A stretch of 59,253 nucleotides of DNA, filler included, from Circinaria calcarea (Eukaryota): the NCBI GenBank assembly GCA_051942165.1. It is 9 parts of 9 records of this genome, joined end to end, with 100 filler letters (N's around TTAATTAATTAA, not from the genome) between each part and the next. Parts side by side here need not be neighbours in the genome. Positions count along the whole stretch, not along the records: positions 33,024 to 39,509 come from JAVECS010001570.1; positions 39,610 to 46,093 come from JAVECS010001571.1; 7 more parts are not named here. One strand, written 5' to 3'. Made by a program: the position numbers and the translations under genes. Each line of letters opens with the position of its first letter. Position 1 is the stretch's first letter. Below are positions 36,138-46,193 of the stretch, in pieces. Under the pieces are notes generated by a model, which saw only the letters and a list, made by a program, of their open reading frames with translations, had not been told where the DNA came from and did not search any database.

Positions 36138-37375
36138 ATGTCACATCTTACACCCACCCATCTACCCACATTTGCGCCTTCATACAAACCTCCCACTCCA
36201 ACCATCCTCTTCAACTTCTCTTCTCGACCGTCCCAGCAGGAACAATCCAATATGCCGTCTGAATTTGCTGGTGCGCACTACGATTTCGGGAAACAGACCT
36301 GGAAAGGTGGTAATGTTATTGAAAGCCATGGGGGTATAGAATCACCCAGTAAGGATATTCAGAATCTAGCCCCAGAAGGAATGCCATTGAAGGAGGTACT
36401 TAACTACTAAAGGTCTCCTCCTATTATAAGCTACTACTGATTTGAGATACAGGCCATGGACCTTGCCGGGAAGCGAGGTTTGGCAAGTGGCCTGCTTTGG
36501 ATACAGAACGCGAAATCGAAACTTGAACCCGCCTATTCGACTCAATCTGGTTTCTTCCTAGGCGATCGGTATTTTCTCAGCGCTTTCCATTTCAGCCGCG
36601 ATGACGAGCTTCTCAATGCGTTGAAGAATCGTGATTCACATCGAGCTGTGGTCACCTCAGCGAGGTTATGTGATTACCGTTCGTGGCGCGCTTTGACTAA
36701 GATTCTTAAAAGCTGCTGATGATTTCTAGCATTCGGCACAACAAGCAGATGGGTACATCTTGTCGGGCTCGACACAACTGTAGATATTACGCTCTGGAAG
36801 CTCGATGATGACGATGACTTACCAAAAGATACCATTTCTTGTGAGGATTTTATGCTCTTCGAGGGCGAGGAATCCATACCTCAATTCGCTGGTAAAGCGA
36901 TTTGGGCAGTTGGGTACGCCGGCCTATTGGAGAATGAAGCCTTGTTTGCCAAGTATATTGAGAAATACTATGAGTTGATGGACATCAGACAACACGCCAT
37001 TATAAAAGATAACAAGATTCCCAATTACGGCAGTATTTTTTCCCCAAATGAGAGATGTCTCTTTTTGGGAAAAATCCCGGAAAAACTTACAAACATCAAG
37101 GGCTTTAATTTACCTGCAGAGATTAGTGCTTGGAATGGCCTGTCAGGGGCCATGGTTGCCATGTTTGTTAAAGACCTAAACGATTCATCCAAATGGATTA
37201 TCAAAATTATTGGATTAAGTAAGTTTTTGTAAAATAAATCATTCCTTTTCTCATGCTAATAGGACTTCTAGTAAAAGACGGAGAAGACGATCAACGGGCT
37301 AACAATATTACCTCATTCACTCCTGGTATCAAGAATATGATCACGGAATGGATGGCTTCGTCGGATCAGAAATAA
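36138..37375 (+). CDS. Cytosolic trypsin-like (PA clan, Trypsin_2-type) serine protease, 358 aa, 4 exons
   Basis: Exons 36138-36395, 36453-36678, 36730-37218 and 37272-37375 sum to 1077 nt in frame. Motifs SGFFLGDRYFLSAFH (His), VDITLWKL (Asp), AVGY, SAWNGLSGA (Ser) and IIGL. No signal peptide. Confidence 0.72.
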
Positions 37376-38089
37376 CTTGCGCCAAACTGAGTCTACTGAG
37401 TGTGGTGGAGACAGAAGCGGCCAAATTGAAAGGCATGGATTTCGGGTTGGTTTTGGCGCAAGCATAGAAGGTTTTGGGAATTCTTCATTACAGCATAGTA
37501 ATCTAGCAGTCTAGCAGTACAGAATCAGTGTAGTATTCAGCTGTTACATGACTTCTATATGTGCATACATCGCAGCAGTCAGTGCATGCCATATACCCTC
37601 TAAATTTTTCATACCCAGGACCTCGAAGCCCATTCTCGACAGCCTTTTTGCCTACATCTTAGGAGCATAGCGGAGCCCCGTGTCTAGGGGGGTAAAATAC
37701 AAATCGGAGTATTACCCGAAACCATAATTTATGATTAGCGTATTCGCCTGCTCATAGCTTTTATTTACAGAGGCTACGCTGCCTAATACTCGCGCCCCTA
37801 TCCTATATTTCCGCTTCATACTCGCGTGGAGAAGGAAGCGGGGAAACAGGGCTATTGGGCGCGTCTTTCGCTCAGCAATTCCCCGAGTGTTCTTCACATT
37901 ACACATACGCAGTATCTTATAATATTCCCATAGCATTTCTCCATACGTATATTCCGGTTATACCGTGCAGACCATTGAAAACGTAGAGCCCCCCGTGTAA
38001 TGCACCTCCTTTCTCACATCTCTTTCAACAAAAATCTAACTAGTCTATATAAATGGAGACATTGTTTGTTACCATTTTAATATCCTTTC

Positions 38090-38210
38090 GACTGTTGCTC
38101 AAGCAAACCGAACCGTGTATTGCTTGGGTACAAGGTTACCATTGGTTAGCCTAGGCTGGCACAGACCAGCAGCTGGAGCGTGCACAGTTCGGTCTGCCTG
38201 AGCAACAGTC
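38090..38210. mobile_element. 121-bp inverted-repeat element (MITE-like or hairpin RNA)
   Basis: Arms 38090-38119 and 38181-38210 are reverse complements at 26/30 positions. The repeat itself is certain; mobility is not shown. Confidence 0.5.
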
Positions 38211-38506
38211 AAAGTGATGTCTAGAGCTGTATTGTTTATATAAAGGTGTATTCAATATTTCTTATGGAAACCCTAACTCATCTCGCTTCTCCCTCCTTCT
38301 CTTCTGAAACTCAGTGCTCAAGAATAATTATGGAAGATCTGTTTGTGCCTCATCATACAACACACAGTTTGCCTCCTTGATGCTTCTCTGTGCGATAGGA
38401 TCTGATGCTACATCAGTTCGCCCTTATCTGTATTTACCCCCCTATCGTGTAGCATAGTTCCCCAGTCAATCCTCAAGTACTAAGTTCACTCCCGGCTACG
38501 ACAGGA

Positions 38507-39509
38507 ATGGAAGAGGATGCAGATGAATACCGCCCAGGTGGTTATCATCCTGTCAGTCTAGGCGACCGGTTCTCTGCAGACAGATATGTCGTTCTCAGAA
38601 AGCTGGGTCATGGAACTTATTCGACTGTCTGGCTAGCAGAAGACTCAAGGTATGCCTTTCGTCTTTCCCTCAAGCAAGTCTCCGTCCCTGACCTGATGTA
38701 TCAAGGACGAACTCGTATGTTGCTTTGAAGATCCTCCAGGCATTAAGCTTCCGCAGTGAGGAAGACTCCTTTGAGATTAAGATGCTCAAGAAGGTATCAA
38801 GTGTGTCGGAGACATCGATACATCCTGGAAAGAATCACGTTTTGCCACTCCTCGACTATTTCGTTCATACAGGGCCAAACGGCACACATGTATGCTTAGT
38901 GTCAAAGGTCCTCGGACACCACCTACGGGCTCAGGTGTGCAAGTTTAGGCAGTTGAGATTACCGGTTCGTGTCGTGAAAGTGGTGGCAAAGCAGCTGCTT
39001 GAAGGGCTGGATTTCCTGCACCGGGAATGTGGGATCATTCACACAGGTACGCGGTACTGGATGAAATTTTGAGCTCATGGAACGGGGGCAGCCATCATCA
39101 ACGAAAGACTGTGTAGTTGCTAACGGATATCCTTTGCAGATCTGCAGCCAAAAAACATCCTCCTCGAGCTCGAAGATTATGAAGAAGCAATCAGTCACTA
39201 CCTATCTGATAGTGCAGAGCCCTCCCTATCCACACCAGCTCAAAACGAGTCATCTTCGGCATCTGAGCTCGGTAGCAATCATTCCCCAGTACTTCCCACC
39301 AAGGCGCTCGAAACGCCTTTAACCACAAAAATGAAGCAAGTCCACATCAGAATAATAGACTTCGGAGAGGGTATGTACCCCAGCTACCTTTCCAGCAGCC
39401 TCATATCACGGAGAAAAACCATCTACCAAGCTAACACTAACCCTTCCCCTCCTAGCATCCTGGATCAACCACCACCAATACGAAGCCATCACCTCCCCTT
39501 CCCTACGAG
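38507..39509 (+). CDS. SRPK-like (CMGC) Ser/Thr protein kinase, multi-exon, 3' truncated, true start may be upstream (about 38330)
   Basis: YRPGGYHPV, KLGHGTYSTVWLA, YVALKI, GPNGTHVCLV, GLDFLHRECGIIHTD|LQPKNILL, IRIIDFG. Confidence 0.9.
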
Positions 39510-39609
39510 NNNNNNNNNNNNNNNNNNNNNNNNNNNNNNNNNNNNNNNNNNNNTTAATTAATTAANNNNNNNNNNNNNNNNNNNNNNNNNNNNNNNNNNN
39601 NNNNNNNNN
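39510..39609. other. Artificial contig spacer
   Basis: N44-TTAATTAATTAA-N44. Confidence 0.99.
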
Positions 39610-39815
39610 AAGGGTCGTCCATGCGGGAATATCTTTCCCGAGCGGGGGCTTTTGCGTTGAAATACCCGAGTAGCGATTATGTCTTGGGGATCCGGAATCA
39701 TCTTCAATCGAGCTCTCAGGACTTTTTGCTTGATGTGCTGGGGATCTTTCAGGATGGGCTGGATGTGGATGTGATTAAGGATCCTGATTGTGAAGGAAAG
39801 CATAGGTCTCACTAG
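39610..39815 (+). CDS. Possible 3' end of an unidentified gene
   Basis: Frame open from the contig edge to TAG at 39813-39815 with protein-like composition; no recognisable motif. Confidence 0.25.
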
Positions 39816-40407
39816 TACGGGGGGAGCTGGACCGGTTTTGGTATGGCGATGAATGAATTGTCTCTGAGATGGAGTAGGGGATAGGAACGGTGCCTTGGCA
39901 AAATACGGGGTGTTTTATTCTGGCTTAGGTTCCAAAAAGAACCTCAGACTTTTAGAAGCCGTCTTTCGTTTCAGGTCTGGTTGGAAAAGCTTGCTGCTTA
40001 ATCACCCACTGCCCATCCTCTATCCCTTTCTGACCCAAAAAAACGCACATACAGCAGTACAGCCTGTGAGGGCGTAGGCTAGAGGTCTGCTACAGCCTCA
40101 GCATGAAATCTTCAAAGTTCCCCTACGGTAAACAATAACAGGTTAAGGCTTGGGCCCATGCCACTTTCGTGGGTAACATATGGAAAACCCCTAGTACAAT
40201 CCGCGATGAAAAGGTACGAAGGTAGATTAAGACGATGCAAATAAAACAGGGGAGTTCGGTGACCTTAGCCTACGGGGCTTCCCGCTTTATTGTCCAATCA
40301 TAGTACCTACTATGAAGACCCTTGTTCGGATGAGCTAATCTGCATTCGTGAATTCGATCAACAAACACGGCGCGTCGCAAGAAGTATCAACAACCAGTAC
40401 CGCCATA

Positions 40408-43400
40408 ATGAGGGTCATCGAGGTGGTCATCGATGGCTTCAAGTCATATGCTGTTCGGACGGTTATCAGCGGTTGGGACGAAAGTTTCAACTCCATTACA
40501 GGTCTCAATGGCAGCGGGAAGTCAAATATCCTAGACTCGATATGCTTCGTCCTCGGGATAACGAATATGAGTACGGTCCGCGCGCAAAACTTACAAGTAG
40601 GCTTGCGCCTGGTTCCCTTTAAGAAGCCGTACATTACAAGAGTCTAACTCTACGGGAATATTAGGATCTCATTTACAAGCGTGGCCAAGCAGGCGTCACC
40701 AAAGCCAGCGTTACTATCGTCTTCGACAACCGCGACAAAGCCAAATCCCCCATCGGCTTTGAGGAATACGCGCAGATATCTGTCACCCGTCAAATTGTCC
40801 TCGGCGGCACCAGTAAGTACCTCATCAATGGCCACCGCGCGCAGCAGCAAACGGTTCAGAATCTGTTCCAATCGGTACAGCTTAATATCAACAATCCGAA
40901 TTTCCTCATCATGCAAGGGCGCATCACGAAGGTACTGAACATGAAGCCCGTGGAGATACTGGCCATGATCGAGGAAGCGGCAGGGACGAGGATGTTTGAG
41001 GACCGGAGGGACAAGGCTTTCAAGACCATGGGCAAGAAGGAGATGAAGGTGCAAGAAATCACAGAGTTATTGAAAGAGGAGATCGAGCCGAAGTTGGATA
41101 AGTTGAGGACCGAGAAGAGGGCGTTTCTGGATTTCCAACAGACCCAGAGCGATCTGGAGCGATTGACACGGCTTGTGGTTGCGCACGACTACCTGAAAAA
41201 CAAAGAGAAGCTCAAGCAGTCGGCAAGTGATTTGGAGGCAAAGAAGCGGAGAGCAGAGGACTTGGAGGAATCGGCGAGAAGGCTCAAAAGCGAAATTGCG
41301 CATCTAGAGGAGGATGTCAAGAAGGTTAAAGCTGCTCGGGAGAAGGAATTACGCAAGGGGGGTAAATTTCAGGCCTTGGAAGACGATGTCAAGGCACAAT
41401 CCCATGAAATGGTCCGGTTGGTAACTGTCGTCGATCTGAAGAACTCAAGCATTATTGAAGAGCAAACAAGACGGGAGGATATAAAAAGCTCTGTAAAGGA
41501 GTTGGAGGCGCAATTGAAGATAAAGAGTAAGCTTTATGGAACTCTTCAAGCTCAGTATGATATGGCAAAAGTGCAGTTAGACAAGCAATCGGCAGAAGTG
41601 GATCAGAACGAAGAATTGCTACAAACTCTTCAGACCGGCGTGGCTTCAAGGGAGGGCCTGGAAAACGGATATCAGGGTCAATTACAAGATGCTCGTAACC
41701 GTGCTAGCACTGCATCCACAGAGCAAGAGCAGGCTAAACTCAAGATAGCGCATCTGGAGAAGCGCATTAAGGAGGATGAGCCGCGCGCAAAGAAGGCCAA
41801 AGAGCAGAACTTTGGCTTACTCAAAGATCTCGAGGGACTTCGAGCTCAAGCTAACAGGTTAGCATCAGAGCTCAGTAAATTGGGGTATGAGGATGGAAAG
41901 GAGGATGCTATGTACCAGCAAGAGGCTTCCTTGCAGCAGGAGATTCGTACACTCCGAGAACAATCGGACGTCATGAAGCGCAAAGTTGCAAATACCGATT
42001 TTAGCTATAATGACCCATCGCCAGGATTTGATCGATCTAAAGTCAAAGGGTTGGTGGCACAGCTGTTCACCCTGGACAAGGATAAGACACATGCTGGTAC
42101 GGCTTTGGAGATTTGCGCAGGAGGACGTCTATACAATGTAGTTGTGGATACCGCAGAAACGGGAACGCAGCTGCTCCAAAATGGCAAATTAAAAAAGCGG
42201 GTGACTATCATTCCGCTGAATAAAATTGCAGCATTTCGAGCTTCAGTGGACAAGATCGGATCAGCCAAGCAGCTTGCCCCTGGGAAGGTCGATCTCGCGT
42301 TATCTTTGATTGGTTATGATGATGAGGTGTCCGCGGCAATGGACTATGTATTCGGTTCTACCCTGGTCTGCGTGGATGCCGAAACCGCCAAACGAGTGAC
42401 ATTTGACCCTGCGGTACGATTAAAGAGTGTGACGCTGGAGGGCGATGTATATGATCCGTCAGGGACTCTATCTGGAGGGAGCTCACCAAATTCAAGCGGT
42501 GTTCTTGTTACCTTACAGAAGCTCAATGCCCTCAACAAGGAGTTAACCACCAAGGAGCTTGCGCTGCAGGAATTGCAAGTCTTGATGGCGAAGGAGAAGA
42601 AAAAGCTAGATTTGACACGAAGAACAAAGCAGGAGCTAGATCTCAAGGGCCATGAGATCAAGCTAACAGAGGAGCAAATTGGGGGGAACTCATCGTCATC
42701 GGTAATATGAATCAATCATTGTAACCAATTGTAAGCCTAACATTGACCTAGATCATCCACGCTGTTGAGGGAATGAAGTTGAACGTTGAACAGCTCAAAA
42801 AGGATATTGCCGATGCGAAAACAAGACATGGGGAAGCCACAAAAGACATAAAGCGCATCGAGAATGATATGAAGGATTTCTCCAACAATAAGGACAGTAA
42901 GTTAGCCGAATTGCAGTCCTCTCTGGACGCACTCAAAAAGAGCCAGAATAAAAACTCCATTGCTGTCAAAACCTTGCAGAAGGATCTGCAAGACGCAAGG
43001 CTAGAGTCTGAGCAAACGGGAGCCGATCTTGGTGCGGCGCAAGAGCAACTTTTAGAAGTAGACAGTACACTGAAAGCCCAAGAAGAGGAAGTTAAGGCCC
43101 TCCAGCAACAGCAATCGAAGATACAGGTATGTACTGGTTTGTAAGACACGCCGGTCTTAGCTTATGCTTCATAAGGATGCTCATGATGTTGCCCAAGCAC
43201 ACCTTGACGATGAGCGGACAAAATTGACTGGATTCGATGAAGAGTTGCGAGCTCTGGAAGATGCTTCCACGTCCAAGGCTTCGAGGATCACTGAGGAAGG
43301 CCTAGAGATGCAAAAGCTCGGACATCAGATTGAAAAGGTTCACAAAGAGCAGCAAGGCGCGGGGCAGCTACTTTTGCAGATGGAAAAGGAGCATGAATGG

Positions 43401-44167
43401 ATCGCTGACGAGAAGGAGAGCTTTGGCCGGACTAACACGCCTTATGATTTCAAAGGCCAGAACATAGCAGAATGCAAGTCCTCCCTCCGGAATCTCACCG
43501 AGCGCTTCCAAGGCATGAAGAAGAAGATCAATCCCAAGGTCATGAACATGATTGATAGCGTTGAGAAAAAGGAGGTTGCTTTGAAGAACATGATGAAGAC
43601 TGTCATCAGGGATAAGCGGAAGATTGAGGAAACCATTAGTAGTCTGGACGAGTATAAAAAAGAAGCTCTCCGGAAAACTTGGTCCAAGGTCAATGGTGAC
43701 TTTGGGCAGATTCTGGCAGAATTACTTCCCGGTAGCTTTGCCAAGTTGGATCCTCCTGAAGGGAGACAGATTTCGGACGGCTTAGAAGTCAAGGTCAGCT
43801 TGGGTAAAGTATGGAAGCAGAGCTTAACAGAGTTGAGTGGCGGTCAACGGTAAGAATTGCTCCATACATACCTCAAAATTAAACTGATACATATTCCTCC
43901 AGATCACTGATTGCACTCTCCCTCATCATGGCTCTACTTCAATTCAAACCTGCACCCATGTACATCCTTGATGAAGTCGACGCGGCGTTGGACCCTTCAC
44001 ATACACAAAACATCGGTCGGTTGATCAAGACGAGATTTAAAGGGTCACAGTTCATCGTCGTTAGTTTGAAAGATGGCATGTTCCAAAATGCCAATCGGAT
44101 ATTTAGGACAAGGTTTAGTGATGGGACGAGTGTCGTTCAGGCCCTTACCCCGGCGGATTTGAGATGA
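40408..44167 (+). CDS. SMC2: Condensin subunit Smc2, 5 exons
   Basis: [14 protein letters not shown], Walker [10 protein letters not shown], hinge ([26 protein letters not shown]), signature LSGGQR and Walker [12 protein letters not shown]. Confidence 0.97.
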
Positions 44168-44764
44168 GCCATGGAGACATGTTTTGTTTACAGCGTGGCG
44201 TTCCAGGCTTGAAATAGGGCCCCTTTTGGGAATCGACGATCCTCCGGTGTATGGCAGTTGGGATATGAGGTTCGATGATCGTTGGCTTGGGGTACGCTCC
44301 TATGATAATACGACTTGGGACATTTTGATATTTGGTTTTGTGCCGGTATAGGAATTGTCCATGTATATTTCAAGCAATGCGAACTGTTCAAGCGTCCAGT
44401 CCTCAGGTTACAAGTCATCAACGTAAACCTTGACCTAATGAGTAGTAAAGCATCAAGCCATTTTCTCTCAACATCCAATGCCTATATTTCATTCGAAACC
44501 GTGAACACCCATACCCCGGCGCAGGATGACCGCATGCATCGCCAGGACTATTATCTCAACTGTAAATTCGCAAACATCACCAACATCCCTGCTCCATAAT
44601 CAACACGATCGAGTAGTATCTGGTCTATTTGCAGGAAAAGTGCCTCATATGTCGAACTAAACTGCTTTTACTGTTTTTGCACCCCTAGAGTATCTAGCAG
44701 CCAAAAAGCCGAAACCATCCACCACACGCTCAAGCTCACCCAGACGCAAAGCGCAACACCGCAA

Positions 44765-45505
44765 ATGTCCACCACCTCGATCAACCTCCCTCAACTCGTC
44801 CTCGTCCTCGTCATCTCTGCCCTCGCTATCCGCTATTTTTTCTTCTCTTCGTCCTCATCCTCCTCATCCTCCTCGACTTCCTCGACCTCCTCCCGCTCCG
44901 GCAACGCAAATGGTGTGTACGCTCGGATCAACCCGCAGCATGTGGAGCAGCTAGCGGCCATGTTCCCGCAGGTGGGGAGGAGGGAGATTATGTGGGATCT
45001 GCAGCGGAACGGGGGCAGTGTGGCGGCGACGAGTGAGAGGATCTTGGTGGGCAGGGGGTTGGATGCTGTGAGTGCAGTTTCTTGCTTTTGATTTTTTTTG
45101 GGTGTGGGGAATTGGGATCTAGAGTTGGCGGTGTGGATGGCGTGAAAACGAGAGGAAGTGGTGGGAGGTGTTTAGGTCGATAGAGCTAACGCCCATGTCC
45201 TTCAACCGCAGCCCCCTCCCTCCTTTCAACCACCTCTCCCTTCCTCCAGCACACCCTCATCTACAGCTCCATCATCATCCAGCAATCCCGACGCCCAAAT
45301 TAACCTCATCCAGCGCTACAATCTTACTTCGAAATTAGGAGCTCCGGAACCGGACGTGGGGGAGAAGGAGAAAAGGAAGGAAGGCTGGTCGAATAGTAAA
45401 AGCGAGAGGCAGGCGTTGCTGCAAAGGAGAAGGGAAGAAATGATCCTGGGAGCGAGGAGGAAGTTAGAAGCGCAGGAAAGGGAGAGGCAGGGGAAGGGGA
45501 TTTAA
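44765..45505 (+). CDS. CUE-domain ERAD membrane protein (Cue1/Cue4-like), 2 exons
   Basis: N-terminal TM; CUE motif VEQLAAMFPQ..IMWDLQRNGGSVAATSERIL; after the intron (45068-45211) NLIQRYNL and WSNSKSERQALLQRRREEMILGARRK. Confidence 0.87.
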
Positions 45506-46093
45506 TAGGAAGAGGAGAGGGAGGAAGGGTGGGGGGATATATAAGGAGGATGGATAAGAAGGTGGGCATGGGGGATAGGGACGGGTTTGTTATGGAGGTA
45601 GTGGTTGTTTATGTTCCAACATCCAAGAAGAGCTTCTACTTCCATAATGGTGATACTTGTTATCAATCGTGGCACCTCCCATTATCGTCATCTCGAATTT
45701 TTCCTTTCACAATTCCGCAGATCCCCTCCTTCCACATCATCATTGAAGAGTCTGCAATTCTTCGCATCTCTGGAATGTATCATCCCTACGTGAACCGTTG
45801 CCGTCTACCTGGTAGACTACCCCCTTTACTGTTCCAAAAAAAAAATATGAAGTCCCCTAACCTATTTTATTAGGCATCTCAACTCAATCCCCCACGACCT
45901 CAATCGACATCCTCCTCCTAGCGGCTTCCTCCACGCGTCATATCTTCGTTTTAGGTCTAGATGCGGCCAGCTTGCTGGCTATCCACCTCCATGAGCGTCG
46001 CCATTTACAGAACTTCTCCTTCCGCATATTAATCGCGCATGTCTCCGCCACTCGGATAAGCCAGAGAAGACTCAGGGATCACTCTATTCCATA

Positions 46094-46193
46094 NNNNNNN
46101 NNNNNNNNNNNNNNNNNNNNNNNNNNNNNNNNNNNNNTTAATTAATTAANNNNNNNNNNNNNNNNNNNNNNNNNNNNNNNNNNNNNNNNNNNN
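46094..46193. other. Artificial contig spacer
   Basis: N44-TTAATTAATTAA-N44. Confidence 0.99.

Noticed and set aside
37600..37970. TA-rich tract between the protease and the kinase as a transposon remnant
   Set aside because: No recognisable transposase or reverse-transcriptase motif in any frame, so it cannot be supported without a search.
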